Source of the DNA: Pseudomonadota bacterium
GTDB lineage: Bacteria > Pseudomonadota > Gammaproteobacteria > Burkholderiales > JABEVD01
NCBI GenBank assembly: GCA_021848825.1
Contig: JAJZTQ010000002.1
Span: 5,129 to 69,128 of the forward strand
Direction of reading: 5' to 3'
Length of the DNA stretch: 64,000 nucleotides
Notes under the pieces: model-generated
What the model was told of the DNA's origin: nothing
What the model saw: only the letters and a program-made list of their open reading frames with translations
Databases searched by the model: none
In this document: in pieces, positions 1 to 12,490 of the stretch
Layout of the letters: every line of letters starts with the position of its first letter
How positions within the stretch are numbered: position 1 is the stretch's first letter
Translations under genes and position numbers: made by a program

Positions 1-2
1 CG

Positions 3-236
3 GGGCTGACAGACATCGAAATCGTTCGCAAGGATTGCGGCTACTTTCTCGATAGCAGCGAAGACTGGTGGGAACTCGTATGGAATGCGGGATTCAGGCG
101 GTATGTGGAACAGATCCCGCAAGAAAGCCTGGGGGCGTTCAGGCGGGAACATCTCGATGACATCGACAGGCTGAGAACGGAAGAAGGCATCAGGCTGAAG
201 ATAGAGGTGATTTACGCCATGGGCTTCGTGTCCTGA
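3..236 (+). CDS. C-terminal fragment of a SAM-dependent methyltransferase-like protein (5' end outside window)
   Basis: Frame 3 is open from the window edge to TGA 234-236. Translation GLTDIEIVRKDCGYFLDSSEDWWELVWNAGFRRYVEQIPQESLGAFRREHLDDIDRLRTEEGIRLKIEVIYAMGFVS has ordinary protein composition and resembles methyltransferase C-termini. Absent from the ORF track because it has no start in the window. Overlaps the convergent rlmD 3' end by 25 nt. Confidence 0.4.
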   Translation, partial: GLTDIEIVRKDCGYFLDSSEDWWELVWNAGFRRYVEQIPQESLGAFRREHLDDIDRLRTEEGIRLKIEVIYAMGFVS

Positions 237-1510
237 TTGCGTTCGAAGAGCGCGATCGATTCGACATGGGAAGTGTGGGGGAACATGTTGACCACCCCTG
301 CGGACTTGAGCATGTATCCCTTCTTATGGACGAGAATCCCGGCATCCCTTGCCAGGGTTGCTGGATCGCACGAGACATACACGATCCGCGAAGGGGCATC
401 CTCTCCCAGCGATTCGACGAGGGCATGGGCGCCCGCCCTCGGCGGATCGATCAACATCTTGTCGAATTTTCCGACTTTCCCGGGATTTTCGAAGAGATCC
501 GCTGCGATGAATTCCGCATTCCCGATTCCGTTTTTTTCCGCATTCTGTCTCGCCCTTCGAACCAGTTGAGGGCTTCCCTCCATGCCGACGACTTCACTGC
601 AATGTCTTGCCAGGGCCAGGGTGAAATTGCCCATCCCGCAGAAGAGATCGGCTATTCTTTCGTGTCTCGACGGGGCAAGAAGCGAAATCGCGCGCTTCAC
701 CAATGCCCTGTTGATCGGGAAATTGACCTGGGTGAAGTCCGATGGCCTGAAAGGCATTTCTATTCCGTATTCGGGAAGGGAATAATGGAGCGGTTCGGGC
801 TCTTTCGGATGGAAAGGATGGATGGAATCGATTCCCTTGGGCTGGAGAAAGACGCTGATCTGATTCTCCTCCGAGAATGACCTGATTCTTTCCTCGTCCT
901 GTTTCGACAAGGGATCGAGTATCCTGAAAACCATGACATCCGTTGCTTCACCTGAGGCGATCTCGATCTGGGGAAGCCTCGATCTGATGGAGAGATCCGT
1001 GATCAGTTCCTTGAGGATAGGGATCAGCCTGGAAATCCTTTCAGGCAACACTTCGCAGCCGGCCATGTCCGTGACATAGCGCGTCTTCTTCTCGTTGAAT
1101 CCGACGAGCACCTTGCCCTTCTTTTCCACATATTTGACGGAGAACCTCGCGCGTTGCCGGTATTTCCAGTAAGGGCCGTGGATTGCAGGAAGAATGATTT
1201 CAGACTTCACTCGCCCGATATGCCACAACGCGTCTTCCAGCACGCGCTGCTTCACTGCGACCTGGGCGGACGGGTCGAGATGCTGCATGCTGCATCCTCC
1301 GCATGTCCCGAAGCTTGCGCATTTCGGGTTCACCCTGAAAGGGCTTTCCTTGATCATCCTGGAGACATTTGCGAATTCCACCTTCGGCTTTTTCTTGTAG
1401 GTTGAATACGCCACGATCTCGCCTGGAAGCGCGCCTTCGACGAAGAGCGCCTTTCCTTCGACATGGACGACGCCCCTTCCTTCATGATCGAGCGATTCGA
1501 TTCTGATCAT
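212..1510 (-). CDS. rlmD: 23S rRNA (uracil-C5)-methyltransferase RlmD/RumA
   Basis: TRAM-like N-terminus, Fe-S cysteine cluster CASFGTCGGCSMQH, SAM-MTase motifs DLFCGMGNFTL and IDPPRAGA, VYVSCDPATLARD. Start trimmed to ATG 1510 (MIRIESLD), which forms an ATGA overlap with the gluQ stop. Confidence 0.9.
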   Translation of the reverse strand: MIRIESLDHEGRGVVHVEGKALFVEGALPGEIVAYSTYKKKPKVEFANVSRMIKESPFRVNPKCASFGTCGGCSMQHLDPSAQVAVKQRVLEDALWHIGRVKSEIILPAIHGPYWKYRQRARFSVKYVEKKGKVLVGFNEKKTRYVTDMAGCEVLPERISRLIPILKELITDLSIRSRLPQIEIASGEATDVMVFRILDPLSKQDEERIRSFSEENQISVFLQPKGIDSIHPFHPKEPEPLHYSLPEYGIEMPFRPSDFTQVNFPINRALVKRAISLLAPSRHERIADLFCGMGNFTLALARHCSEVVGMEGSPQLVRRARQNAEKNGIGNAEFIAADLFENPGKVGKFDKMLIDPPRAGAHALVESLGEDAPSRIVYVSCDPATLARDAGILVHKKGYMLKSAGVVNMFPHTSHVESIALFERNQDTKPMA

Positions 1511-2358
1511 CTGCAGTACCTGTCCTCTTTCGGAATGTTTTCGATTTTCCAGTTCTGAATCGCCCATTTCCAGAATTCCTGGATGCTTCCTTCCCTGAGT
1601 TCGATCGGTGGCGCCTGCCCCAGAAATTCGAGGGCGTCGAAAAGAACTTCTGTTCCCGCATCCACCGGCTCTGCGAGGTTCTGCTTGGAAAGCTTCTCGC
1701 CCTGGCTGTTCAATGCCAGTGGAAGGTGGGCGTAAATGGGCGTGTCGTAGCCGAGAAGACGCTGGAGATGAATCTGCCTGGGGGTGGAGTCGAGAAGATC
1801 AGCGCCTCTCACCACCTGGTTCACGCCCTGCTCATGGTCGTCCACCACGACGGCGAACTGGTAGGAGAAATAGCCGTCAGCCCTGAACAGCACGAAGTCT
1901 CCGGCCTCCTTCGCGAGATTCTGCGATTGCTCACCCCTTATCATGTCCTGGAACGAGAGAACCTCGTCTTCTACCCTGACCCGGATCGATCTCGCCTCCC
2001 CCGCAGCGCCCTTCCTGCATTTCCCGCTGTATATGCCGGTCACGTCGCGTCTCGAGCAGGAGCAGGGATAGGTGAAATCGTGAATGGCCTGGAGCGCATC
2101 CCGGTAAAGATGCTTCCGCCTGCTCTGGAAAACGATTTCTCCGTCCCATTCCATGCCGAGCGCCGCTATCGTTTCGATGATCGATGAAATGGCGCCGGAC
2201 TCCGTCCTTCCCTCGTCCACGTCCTCTATCCTCAGCAGCCATTTTCCGTCCTGCGACTTGGCGAAGAGATAACTCGCCGTGGCAGCGACGATGGAGCCGA
2301 AATGGAGCGGCCCCGTGGGGGAAGGGGCGAATCGTCCGACGTGATTTTCAGTAGCCAT
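1507..2358 (-). CDS. gluQ: glutamyl-Q tRNA(Asp) synthetase
   Basis: Truncated GluRS-like catalytic domain of 283 aa. GRFAPSPTGPLHFGS class I signature, LLRIEDVD, no anticodon-binding domain. Confidence 0.88.
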   Translation of the reverse strand: MATENHVGRFAPSPTGPLHFGSIVAATASYLFAKSQDGKWLLRIEDVDEGRTESGAISSIIETIAALGMEWDGEIVFQSRRKHLYRDALQAIHDFTYPCSCSRRDVTGIYSGKCRKGAAGEARSIRVRVEDEVLSFQDMIRGEQSQNLAKEAGDFVLFRADGYFSYQFAVVVDDHEQGVNQVVRGADLLDSTPRQIHLQRLLGYDTPIYAHLPLALNSQGEKLSKQNLAEPVDAGTEVLFDALEFLGQAPPIELREGSIQEFWKWAIQNWKIENIPKEDRYCR

Positions 2359-2378
2359 GCTTGTGAGGAAATTCGGCC

Positions 2379-2407
2379 TTGAATGTTACCTCGAGCTTGC
2401 CTATAAA
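2379..2407 (+). promoter_or_regulatory. putative sigma70 promoter of the dsrC/tusE-like gene
   Basis: TTGAAT (2379-2384), 17-nt spacer, TATAAA (2402-2407). AAGGAG (2425-2430) lies 6 nt before ATG 2437. Confidence 0.4.
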
Positions 2408-2436
2408 TCAAAAAGAAGTCACAGAAGGAGAGTGAA

Positions 2437-2805
2437 ATGTATGACGCCAACAAAGCCATCAGCATGACGGAAGAGGCGATGAAAATGGATCCGGAAGGCA
2501 ATCTCTACGAGCTTCCGGAATGGTCCGAGAAAATCGCGGAGAAGCTCGCTGCAGACGAGGGCATCTCGCTAACGGAAGAGCACTGGGAAGTGATCCGGCT
2601 GCTGCGGAGACATTACAGCGTGCACGGCAGGGATTTGAGCGGCCCGAGACTGCTTCGCGCGCTGGAGGAGCCTTTCGGAATGAGGGGAGGAATCAAGCAT
2701 CTCTACGAGCTTTTCCCCGGAGGCCCGATAAACCAGGGAAGCCGCATCGCCGGCCTTCCTCCTCCCCCCTACAGCCAGGATCCTTCGTTCGGAAGCGTGG
2801 CCTAG
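2437..2805 (+). CDS. DsrC/TusE-family protein, cysteine-free variant
   Basis: DPEGNLYELPEWSEKIAEKLAADEGISLTEEHWEVIRLLRRHY and KHLYELFPGGP...IAGLP match the DsrC/TusE fold signature. The C-terminus is GLPPPPYSQDPSFGSVA instead of the usual ...GLPKPxxCx, and the protein has no Cys at all. Confidence 0.75.
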   Translation: MYDANKAISMTEEAMKMDPEGNLYELPEWSEKIAEKLAADEGISLTEEHWEVIRLLRRHYSVHGRDLSGPRLLRALEEPFGMRGGIKHLYELFPGGPINQGSRIAGLPPPPYSQDPSFGSVA

Positions 2806-3113
2806 ATTCCATCGGTTTTCGGCAGTTTTTCCAGCTTCCGCCTGATCGCCATGATGGCCCTGTCCATCTGGCGGTATTTTTTTACGCCCAGCCATGCCGT
2901 GAAGAGCCCGCTCGGAAGACAGGCGAAGCCCACTGCCGAGAACCAGGCCTGATTCGAGAAATGGATGATCGAAATGCCGGCTATGAAGAGCGCGATTCCC
3001 GATCTGAGATAGGAAAGGAGCGTTCTCTCGTTGGCAAGCAGGGTGCGGTCTATGGCGAGTTCGTCCCTGAGGATGAGCTCTGCGACTTCGAATCTCGAAT
3101 AGGGGCTAGTCAT
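2802..3113 (-). CDS. DUF202 (YidH-like) small membrane protein
   Basis: RDELAIDRTLLANERTLLSYLRSGIALFIAG motif and 2-3 hydrophobic helices. Its start overlaps the tatC stop by 8 nt. Confidence 0.7.
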   Translation of the reverse strand: MTSPYSRFEVAELILRDELAIDRTLLANERTLLSYLRSGIALFIAGISIIHFSNQAWFSAVGFACLPSGLFTAWLGVKKYRQMDRAIMAIRRKLEKLPKTDGI

Positions 3114-3837
3114 GATTTTCCTTTGCTTCCCTGGGCACGAATCCGGCGAGGAATATGCCGAGTTCGTAGAGCAGCCATAAGGGCACGGCCAGCATGGTCT
3201 GCGAAACGACGTCGGGCGGGGTGAAAAGCGCGCCCAGCACGAAGGCCGTCACGATCATGTAGGGCCGCCATTCCTTCAGCTTCTTCACCTCTATCAATCC
3301 CATCCTGACGAGGATGATGACGATGATGGGCACTTCGAAGGTGATGCCGAAGGCGAGGAAAAGGGTCAGGACGAAATCGAGATATTTCCCTATGTCCGTC
3401 ATCATGGAAACGCCTTCCGGCGTCACCTTCGAGATGAAGCCGAAAACCACCGGAAAGACCAGGAAGTAGGCGAAAGCCATGCCGCAGAAGAACAGCACCG
3501 TGCTGCCGACGATGAGGGGCGCGATCAGCCTCTTTTCGTGCGAATAGAGCCCCGGCGCGATGAATGCCCAGATCTGGTAAAGGGTGTGGGGAAGGGTGAA
3601 GAGGAATGCCGCCATGATCGCGATCTTCATCGGCACCAGGAAGGGGGTGGTGACCTCGGTTGCGATCATGCTCCCGCCCTTCGGAAGGTGGGAGAGGAGG
3701 GGGTGGGCAAGGAAGGTGTAGAGATCCCTGGCCCAGGGCGCGAGGCAAAGGAATACCAGGATGATCGCTGCGAATATCCTCAAGAGGCGCGTCCTGAGTT
3801 CGAGCAGGTGGGAGATGAGGCTTTCTTGGGTGCTCAT
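3106..3837 (-). CDS. tatC: twin-arginine translocase subunit TatC
   Basis: 243 aa, six hydrophobic helices, N-terminus SHLLELRTRLLR and FTPPDVVSQ motif. Follows tatA-tatB. Confidence 0.95.
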   Translation of the reverse strand: MSTQESLISHLLELRTRLLRIFAAIILVFLCLAPWARDLYTFLAHPLLSHLPKGGSMIATEVTTPFLVPMKIAIMAAFLFTLPHTLYQIWAFIAPGLYSHEKRLIAPLIVGSTVLFFCGMAFAYFLVFPVVFGFISKVTPEGVSMMTDIGKYLDFVLTLFLAFGITFEVPIIVIILVRMGLIEVKKLKEWRPYMIVTAFVLGALFTPPDVVSQTMLAVPLWLLYELGIFLAGFVPREAKENHD

Positions 3838-4223
3838 TTTTCGCCGAAATCGATCTTGAGCTGCCTCGGGTCTTCTTCCTGGACAGCAGGTTCAGCCTTC
3901 TCCTCCAGAGGCTTCTTCACCTTCTCGACTTCGACATAAAGCGCGTCTTCCGTCTCACTGAACTTCTTCTCGTATTCGAAAGCCTTCGTCCTGAGCTCGG
4001 CTTCGAGCTTCATCGCCGATTCCCTGGCGTCTTCCTGCATTTTCTTGATTTCTTCCAGATTGGCTTCGCGCTGAAGCTCGACCTTGACGTCGTTGACGTA
4101 GCGCTGCGCGCGGCCGATGAAGAGGCCGAAAGCCCGGGCCACCTTCGGAAGCTTCTCCGGACCGATGACGACGAGCGCGACGATGCCGATCAGGAAGAGC
4201 TCGGAGAAGCTGATGTCGAACAT
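3834..4223 (-). CDS. tatB: twin-arginine translocase subunit TatB
   Basis: MFDISFSELFLIGIVALVVIGPEKLP N-terminal TM plus amphipathic helix, acidic C-tail. Confidence 0.92.
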   Translation of the reverse strand: MFDISFSELFLIGIVALVVIGPEKLPKVARAFGLFIGRAQRYVNDVKVELQREANLEEIKKMQEDARESAMKLEAELRTKAFEYEKKFSETEDALYVEVEKVKKPLEEKAEPAVQEEDPRQLKIDFGEK

Positions 4224-4227
4224 GGAA

Positions 4228-4446
4228 TCAGGATTTCGTCTTTTCCTTCACTTCGCCTTCTATGGTATGGCTGGTCTCAGCCGAGTCGATCTTCTTCTGA
4301 TCCTCGTCGGCGCCCGCCATCCCTTCCTTGAAGCCTTTCACTGCCCCGCCCAGGTCGCTTCCGATATTCTTCAGCTTTTTCGTCCCGAAAACGAGCAGGA
4401 CGATCAGAAGAACGATAAGCCAGTGCCAGATGCTCAATGAACCCAT
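4228..4446 (-). CDS. tatA: twin-arginine translocase subunit TatA
   Basis: 72 aa, [35 protein letters not shown]. Confidence 0.93.
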   Translation of the reverse strand: MGSLSIWHWLIVLLIVLLVFGTKKLKNIGSDLGGAVKGFKEGMAGADEDQKKIDSAETSHTIEGEVKEKTKS

Positions 4447-4461
4447 TTCAAAACTCCTTGG

Positions 4462-4815
4462 TTAAATCCGGACAAGCATGGGAGGGAGCCTGTCCTTTCC
4501 GCCTATGACATGCATGTGAAGATGCATGACTTCCTGTCCCCCGGCCCTCCCGGTGTTGATGATGGTCCTGAATCCGTCCTGCAGCCCTTCTTCTTTTGCG
4601 AGCCTGGGCGCGAGCACCATCATTTTCCCGAGCACTGCCTGGTGATCCTCTTCGGCGTGGAGAAGCGATTCGATGTGGATCTTCGGGATCAGCATGAAGT
4701 GAACAGGGGCAACGGGATGGATGTCGTGTATGGCGATGATGTCATCGTCCTCAAACAGCTTCCTGCTCGGCAGCTTTCCTGCGACGATACGGCAAAATAT
4801 GCAGTTTTCATTCAT
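4462..4815 (-). CDS. HIT-family (histidine triad) nucleotide hydrolase
   Basis: CIFCRI N-terminus and histidine triad HLHMHVIGG. Confidence 0.9.
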   Translation of the reverse strand: MNENCIFCRIVAGKLPSRKLFEDDDIIAIHDIHPVAPVHFMLIPKIHIESLLHAEEDHQAVLGKMMVLAPRLAKEEGLQDGFRTIINTGRAGGQEVMHLHMHVIGGKDRLPPMLVRI

Positions 4816-5123
4816 TTCCGGCTGGCCTTTTCCTCGTTGCCTGAGATGCCTTCCCTTCTTTCGAGTTCGGCATAAACGTCTTCCGGCCTCAAGCCGTGCC
4901 AGGCGAGCATGACGAGACTGTGGAACCAGAGGTCGGCCGTTTCCTTCACGACATGAATTTTATCACCGTCCTTGGATGCGAGCAGCGTTTCTCCCGCTTC
5001 TTCGGCTATTTTTTTCAGTATCGCATCCTGTCCCTTGTCGAAAAGCAGCGCGACATAGGATGATTTCGGATCCATCCCCTTGCGTGTTTCGATGGTGTCG
5101 GCAAGGCGCTCGATGATGCTCAT
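4812..5123 (-). CDS. hisE: phosphoribosyl-ATP pyrophosphatase
   Basis: [24 protein letters not shown]...ETADLWFH motif. Last gene of the his operon. Confidence 0.92.
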   Translation of the reverse strand: MSIIERLADTIETRKGMDPKSSYVALLFDKGQDAILKKIAEEAGETLLASKDGDKIHVVKETADLWFHSLVMLAWHGLRPEDVYAELERREGISGNEEKASRK

Positions 5124-5515
5124 GATTTCTTTCCATAGATTTCATCGGGATTCCTGATCACTTCGTCAGTGACGACCCAGTGGCCATTCTCCAGCTTCTG
5201 ATAGAAGCAGCTTTCCCTTCCAGTATGGCAGGCGATGCCGCCTTCCTGCTCGACCTTCATCAAGATCGCGTCTCCGTCGCAATCGAGCCTCATCTCCAGT
5301 ATCTTCTGGGTGTGACCGGATTCCTCGCCCTTCCTCCAGAGCTTCTTTCTCGATCTCGACCAGTACACCGCCACGCCCGATTTGGCGCTCAGTTCGAGCG
5401 ATTCCCTGTTCATCCAGGCGACCATCAGGACGCGCCCGGACGAGGCATCCTGGGCGATGGCGGCAACCAGCCCCTCGTTCGACCAGTTGATCTTGTTGAG
5501 CCAGTTCTCGTTCAA
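5120..5515 (-). CDS. hisI: phosphoribosyl-AMP cyclohydrolase
   Basis: [12 protein letters not shown]...[20 protein letters not shown]...LDCDGDAIL...CHTG. Confidence 0.93.
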   Translation of the reverse strand: MNENWLNKINWSNEGLVAAIAQDASSGRVLMVAWMNRESLELSAKSGVAVYWSRSRKKLWRKGEESGHTQKILEMRLDCDGDAILMKVEQEGGIACHTGRESCFYQKLENGHWVVTDEVIRNPDEIYGKKS

Positions 5516-6273
5516 AGCCTCACCTCGATATGACGGGCTTTCATGTATTCCTTGGCCTCTCTCACGGTATATTCCCCATAATGGAAGATGCTCGCCGCGA
5601 GGACGGCGTCAGCATGCCCCTTCGTCACCCCTTCCGCGAGGTGCTCCAGGTTCCCCACGCCGCCGCTGGCGATGAGGGGGATGTCGAGGGCATCGGATAC
5701 GGAACGGGTGAGATCGAGATCGAATCCCATCTTGGTGCCGTCCCTGTCCATGCTGGTCAGCAGTATTTCTCCCGCACCCATCTGCTGCATCCTCACCGCC
5801 CATTCTATCGCATCCAGGCCGGTCTGTTTTCTCCCGCCGTGGGTGAATACCTCCCATTTGTTTTCAGCCGTCTTCTTCGCGTCTATCGCAACGACGATGC
5901 ACTGGGATCCGAATCGGGATGACGCTTCGCTGACCAGTTCGGGGTTGGATACCGCGGAAGTGTTCATGCTGACCTTGTCGGCGCCTGCGTTGAGCAGATT
6001 CCTGACATCCTGGACGGACCTGACTCCTCCTCCCACGGTCAACGGGATGAAAACCTGCGACGCGACATCCTCGATGATCCTGAATATCAGGCCGCGCCCA
6101 TCGGAGCTTGCCGTGATGTCCAGGAAGGTGAGTTCGTCGGCGCCCTGTTCGTCGTATCGCCTGGCGATTTCAACCGGGTCGCCGGCGTCCCTCAATCCGA
6201 CGAAATTGACTCCCTTGACGACGCGCCCTGCAGTCACATCCAGGCAGGGAATGATTCTTTTCGCGAGTCCCAT
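5512..6273 (-). CDS. hisF: imidazole glycerol phosphate synthase cyclase subunit
   Basis: [13 protein letters not shown]...[13 protein letters not shown]...ASGGVG. Start trimmed from 6333 to ATG 6273, 1 nt after the hisA stop. Confidence 0.95.
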   Translation of the reverse strand: MGLAKRIIPCLDVTAGRVVKGVNFVGLRDAGDPVEIARRYDEQGADELTFLDITASSDGRGLIFRIIEDVASQVFIPLTVGGGVRSVQDVRNLLNAGADKVSMNTSAVSNPELVSEASSRFGSQCIVVAIDAKKTAENKWEVFTHGGRKQTGLDAIEWAVRMQQMGAGEILLTSMDRDGTKMGFDLDLTRSVSDALDIPLIASGGVGNLEHLAEGVTKGHADAVLAASIFHYGEYTVREAKEYMKARHIEVRL

Positions 6274-6274
6274 T

Positions 6275-7027
6275 TCACTCGGGGAATCTGGGGGAAAGGG
6301 AATCTGCCAGCATCTGAGCCGCCTTGAAATCAAGCGTCCCTTCGTAGATGGCGCGCCCGGTGATCGCGCCCATGATCCCTTCCGATTCCAGTTCGCAGAG
6401 CGCTTTCACGTCTTCCAGGTTGGTGATGCCGCCGCTTGCGATCACGGGAACGGTGAGTTCGCGGGCGAGATTGAGGGTTGCCTCGATGTTGATGCCGGTC
6501 AGCATGCCGTCCCTGCCGATGTCGGTGTAGATCACCGCCTCCACCCCATAGTCCTGAAAGCGCCTGGCGAGATCGACCACGTCGTGCCCGGTCACTTTCG
6601 ACCAGCCGTTGACCGCCACCTTGCCGTCCTTGGCGTCCAGCCCAACCATGATGTGTCCGGGAAAGGCGTTGCATGCGTCATGCAGGAATCCTGGCGTCTT
6701 CACCGCAGCCGTGCCGATGATGATGTAGCTCACGCCGTCGTCCAGATAGCGCTCTATGGTTTCGAGATCCCTTATCCCGCCGCCAAGCTGGACGGGGATT
6801 TCATCACCGACCGCCTTGATCACGGACTTGATCGCTTCCTCGTTCTTCGGTTTCCCTGCAAAAGCGCCGTTGAGATCGACGAGATGAAGACGCCTTGCGC
6901 CCTGGTCTATCCAGTGGCGTGCCGTCGTCGCCGGATCGTCAGAGAAGACGGTCGCGGCTTCCATCAGACCCTGTTTGAGGCGAACGCATTCGCCGTCCTT
7001 CAAATCGATAGCAGGAATGATCAGCAT
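6275..7027 (-). CDS. hisA: ProFAR isomerase
   Basis: [20 protein letters not shown]...LHLVDLNGA...QLGGGIR. Start trimmed to ATG 7027, preceded by GGAG. Confidence 0.94.
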   Translation of the reverse strand: MLIIPAIDLKDGECVRLKQGLMEAATVFSDDPATTARHWIDQGARRLHLVDLNGAFAGKPKNEEAIKSVIKAVGDEIPVQLGGGIRDLETIERYLDDGVSYIIIGTAAVKTPGFLHDACNAFPGHIMVGLDAKDGKVAVNGWSKVTGHDVVDLARRFQDYGVEAVIYTDIGRDGMLTGINIEATLNLARELTVPVIASGGITNLEDVKALCELESEGIMGAITGRAIYEGTLDFKAAQMLADSLSPRFPE

Positions 7028-7044
7028 GTCCTGTCCTTCTCCAT

Positions 7045-7683
7045 TCAAAATCCGCCATCCCATTCGGAAAAATTCCTGAGCAGGGAAAGTCCCGCGTGCT
7101 GGCTCTTCTCCGGATGAAATTGTACGGCAAAAATATTGTCCTTCGCCACGGCCGAAACGAAGCGGAAAGGGTAGCGGCTGCAGGCCGCGATGATCCCCTG
7201 TTCTCCGGGTTCGACATAATAGCTGTGCACGAAATAGAAGCGGCTTCCCTGTTCTATGCCGTTCCAGACGGGATGCGATACGGTCTGCTCGACTTCGTTC
7301 CAGCCGATGTGGGGAACCTTGAGCTTTTCGCCCGCCTCGTTCGTCATTCTTTCGCTGGGAAAGCGCTTCACCTTTCCCTTCAGCACCCCGAGGCCCGCGA
7401 CATTGCCTTCCTCGCTGAATTCGAAAAGCATCTGCAGCCCGATGCAGATGCCGAGAAAAGGCTTCTCTTTTGCAGCCTGGAGAACCGCATCCCTGAGCCC
7501 GCGGGAATCGAGCTCCCTCATGCAGTCAGGCATCGCCCCCTGTCCCGGGAAGACGACATGGCTTGCGGAAAGGATCTCCTTGGAATCGCTCGTGATCAGT
7601 ACGGTCGAATCGGGGCAGACATGCTCTATCGCCTTCGCGACGGAGCGCAGATTCCCCATTCCGTAGTCGACGACTGCGATCAT
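7045..7683 (-). CDS. hisH: imidazole glycerol phosphate synthase glutamine amidotransferase subunit
   Basis: [15 protein letters not shown]...PGQGA...[10 protein letters not shown]...FVHSY...VQFHPEKS. Start trimmed to ATG 7683, sharing 1 nt with the hisB stop. Confidence 0.94.
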   Translation of the reverse strand: MIAVVDYGMGNLRSVAKAIEHVCPDSTVLITSDSKEILSASHVVFPGQGAMPDCMRELDSRGLRDAVLQAAKEKPFLGICIGLQMLFEFSEEGNVAGLGVLKGKVKRFPSERMTNEAGEKLKVPHIGWNEVEQTVSHPVWNGIEQGSRFYFVHSYYVEPGEQGIIAACSRYPFRFVSAVAKDNIFAVQFHPEKSQHAGLSLLRNFSEWDGGF

Positions 7684-8270
7684 CAAAGGCTTCCCTTGGT
7701 CGAAGGCGTTTCTCCTTCCAGGCGAGGATCGATCTGGCATGCCATCCTGAGCGCACGTCCGAATGCCTTGAAAATGGTTTCGCACTGGTGATGCGCATTC
7801 TTTCCCTTCAGGTTGTCGATGTGCACCGTGACGAGCGCATGGTTGACGAAGCCCTGGAAGAATTCCCGGACGAGCTCCAGGTCGAATTCCCCGACCATGG
7901 CTCTCGTGAAATCGGCCTGGAGATCGAGCCCCGGCCTCCCCGAAAGATCGATCACCACCCTGGAAAGCGCTTCATCCAGCGGAACATAGGCATGCCCGTA
8001 CCTGAAGACGCCCTTCTTTTCCCCGAGCGCTTTCGAGAAAGCCTGGCCGAGCGTGATGCCGATGTCTTCGACCGTGTGGTGCCCGTCTATGTGCAGGTCG
8101 CCCGCTGCCTCGACCTCGATGTCCATCATGCCGTGCTTGGCGATCTGGTCCAGCATGTGGTCGAAAAAACCTATTCCAGTGGAGACGGCCGATTTTCCCT
8201 TTCCGTCAAGATCGATCGATGCAATGACGTTCGTCTCCAGGGTACGCCTTTCGACTTTTGCTTTTCTCAT
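7683..8270 (-). CDS. hisB: imidazoleglycerol-phosphate dehydratase
   Basis: 195 aa monofunctional form. RKTLETNV...GIGFFDHML...[11 protein letters not shown]...GKNAHHQCE. Confidence 0.95.
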   Translation of the reverse strand: MRKAKVERRTLETNVIASIDLDGKGKSAVSTGIGFFDHMLDQIAKHGMMDIEVEAAGDLHIDGHHTVEDIGITLGQAFSKALGEKKGVFRYGHAYVPLDEALSRVVIDLSGRPGLDLQADFTRAMVGEFDLELVREFFQGFVNHALVTVHIDNLKGKNAHHQCETIFKAFGRALRMACQIDPRLEGETPSTKGSL

Positions 8271-9577
8271 GATTCATCCTTTTCGAAACGGAATGCAGCC
8301 GACCTCGCATGCGCATCGAGCCCTTCCCCAAGCGCAAGCACCCGGGCGATCTTCCCGAGCTTCTCCGCGCCTTTTCTTGAAACCGAAATCAGGCTGCTTC
8401 GCTTCTGGAAGTCGTATACGCCGAGCGGCGAAGAAAACCTGGCCGTTCTGGAAGTCGGAAGAACATGGTTGGGTCCTGCACAATAGTCGCCGAGCGACTC
8501 CGAGGTGTAGCGCCCCATGAATATCGCGCCTGCATGCCTGATCCGCGCCAGCATCGCTTCAGGGTCTTCCACCGAGAGTTCGAGATGCTCGGGGGCAATG
8601 CTGTTCGCGATGCTGCATGCCTCGTCCAGGCTCCTGACTTTGATCAGCGCCCCCCTGTTTTTCAGGGATTGAGCGATCACCGCTTTCCTCGGCATTTCGG
8701 CAAGCAGTCTTTCCATGCTTTTCTCGACTTCTTCGAGGAATTTCCCGTCGGGGCAGAGCAGGATGGATTGCGCGATTTCGTCGTGCTCAGCCTGCGAGAA
8801 AAGATCCATCGCGACCCAGTCGGGATTCGTCTTCCCGTCGCAGATCACCAGTATCTCGGAAGGGCCTGCGATCATGTCTATGCCGACTCTGCCGAAAACC
8901 CTGCGCTTCGCTTCGGCGACATAGGCATTTCCCGGACCGACTATCTTGTCGACGGCAGGCACGGTTTTCGTGCCGTAGGCGAGCGCTGCGACAGCCTGTG
9001 CCCCTCCCACGCAGAAAACCCTGTCCACATTGCAGATCGAAGCGGCTGCAAGAACGAGTTCGTTCTTTTCCCCGCCAGGCGTGGGGACGACCATGACGAG
9101 TTCGGACACCCCTGCGACCTTGGCGGGAATCGCGTTCATCAGCACCGAAGAGGGATAGGCGGCCTTTCCGCCGGGAACGTAAAGCCCAACCCTGTCGAGC
9201 GGCGTGATTTTCTGGCCGAGCATGGTGCCGTCCTCCTCGACATGGCGCCAGGAATGCTGCAGCTGCTTTTCGTGATAGATCTTCACCCGGTCAGCTGCGG
9301 CTTCCAGCGATTCACGCTGCGCTCCAGGAAGATTTTCAAGCGCCTTGTCAAGCCTCTCCCTGGGAAGGTCGAGCTCTTCCATCGATTTGGCATTCAGCCT
9401 GTCGAAGCGGTTGGTGTATTCGAGCAGCGCTTCGTCGCCTCTTTTCCCGACTTCATGCAGGATGGACGAGACTGTTTCCTCGAGCCCGGGGTCTCGCGCC
9501 TCTTCAAAGGCGAGCAGGTTCTTCAGACCGGCTTCGAAACCGGAATCCTGTGTATCTAGACGGGAAGTGATGGACAT
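8267..9577 (-). CDS. hisD: histidinol dehydrogenase
   Basis: 436 aa. [15 protein letters not shown]...[12 protein letters not shown]...AGPSE...QAEHD...APEHLEL. Confidence 0.96.
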   Translation of the reverse strand: MSITSRLDTQDSGFEAGLKNLLAFEEARDPGLEETVSSILHEVGKRGDEALLEYTNRFDRLNAKSMEELDLPRERLDKALENLPGAQRESLEAAADRVKIYHEKQLQHSWRHVEEDGTMLGQKITPLDRVGLYVPGGKAAYPSSVLMNAIPAKVAGVSELVMVVPTPGGEKNELVLAAASICNVDRVFCVGGAQAVAALAYGTKTVPAVDKIVGPGNAYVAEAKRRVFGRVGIDMIAGPSEILVICDGKTNPDWVAMDLFSQAEHDEIAQSILLCPDGKFLEEVEKSMERLLAEMPRKAVIAQSLKNRGALIKVRSLDEACSIANSIAPEHLELSVEDPEAMLARIRHAGAIFMGRYTSESLGDYCAGPNHVLPTSRTARFSSPLGVYDFQKRSSLISVSRKGAEKLGKIARVLALGEGLDAHARSAAFRFEKDES

Positions 9578-9597
9578 GATTCGATTCTACACGAAAA

Positions 9598-11725
<2,128 letters not shown>

Positions 11726-11734
11726 GATTTCCTC

Positions 11735-12490
11735 TCAGTTGCGAAGTTTGTAACCGGATTTTAACAGCCAGAGGGTGATCAAGGATACTGCCGCAAGACA
11801 AATCGATACGACGAAAAGGCTGAAATAGGGCGAACTGTCCGATGCGCCGAAAAAGCCGTAGCGGAATCCGTCTATCAGGTAGAAGAAGGGGTTCAGGTTT
11901 GAAATCTGTTGCCAGAAAGGCGGGAGGGAATGGATGGAATAGAATACCCCTGAGAGGAAGGTGAGGGGAAGGATGATGAAATTCTGGAAGCTCGCCAGCT
12001 GATCGAATTTCTCCGCCCAGATGCCCGCGATGATCCCTATGGCGCCGAGTATGAAGCTGCCCGTCAGCGCGAAGATCAATGCCCATAACGGGTATTTCAG
12101 CGGGATATCGACAGCCCAGAGCGTGATCGCGAAGATGCCGCATCCGACGATGATTCCCCTGAGGCTCGACGCCAGCACATAGGCGAGGAACATCTCGGGA
12201 TAGGAGACGGGGGAGAGCAGCAGGAAGATGATGTTCCCTGTAATCTTGGACTGGATCAGGCTGGAGGAGCTGTTCGCGAATGAATTCTGCAGCAGCGCCA
12301 TCATGGCGAGCCCGGGTATCAGGAAGGAGACATAGGGAACGCCCGGGAAGGCCTCGACATGCTTCCCCAGCACATGGGAGAAGATCAGCAGATAGAGCAT
12401 CGTGCTCAAAAGCGGCGCGAGAACGGTCTGGAATCCCACTTTCCAGAAGCGCATCACTTCCTTGTGGAAAAGGGTGATGAAGCCCCTCAT
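11735..12490 (-). CDS. ABC-2 type transporter permease (YadH-like)
   Basis: 251 aa, six hydrophobic helices, N-terminal LFHKEVMRFWKV motif. ATGA overlap with the upstream ATPase. Confidence 0.8.
   Translation of the reverse strand: MRGFITLFHKEVMRFWKVGFQTVLAPLLSTMLYLLIFSHVLGKHVEAFPGVPYVSFLIPGLAMMALLQNSFANSSSSLIQSKITGNIIFLLLSPVSYPEMFLAYVLASSLRGIIVGCGIFAITLWAVDIPLKYPLWALIFALTGSFILGAIGIIAGIWAEKFDQLASFQNFIILPLTFLSGVFYSIHSLPPFWQQISNLNPFFYLIDGFRYGFFGASDSSPYFSLFVVSICLAAVSLITLWLLKSGYKLRN

Noticed and set aside
2755-2805. Possibility that the Cys-less DsrC/TusE C-terminus is a frameshift artefact at the C-run (cctcctcccccct).
   Set aside because: Translating the +1 and -1 frames downstream of the run does not produce a short Cys-containing terminus; both give long unrelated tails. 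The annotated frame is therefore kept, although only resequencing could exclude an error.
5588-7117. 509-aa plus-strand ORF, and similar long ORFs at 18604-20148 (-), 31051-32718 (-), 32866-33951 (-), 35679-37061 (-), 54965-57052 (-), 20175-20990 (-) and 8465-9559 (+).
   Set aside because: Each lies antisense to, or out of frame with, a gene that has unmistakable family signatures (hisF/hisA, secretin, AGE-like, beta-amylase, metE, GspE ATPase, TPR protein, hisD). Their translations are Arg/Gly/Pro/His-rich low-complexity strings typical of stop-poor alternative frames in GC-rich DNA.
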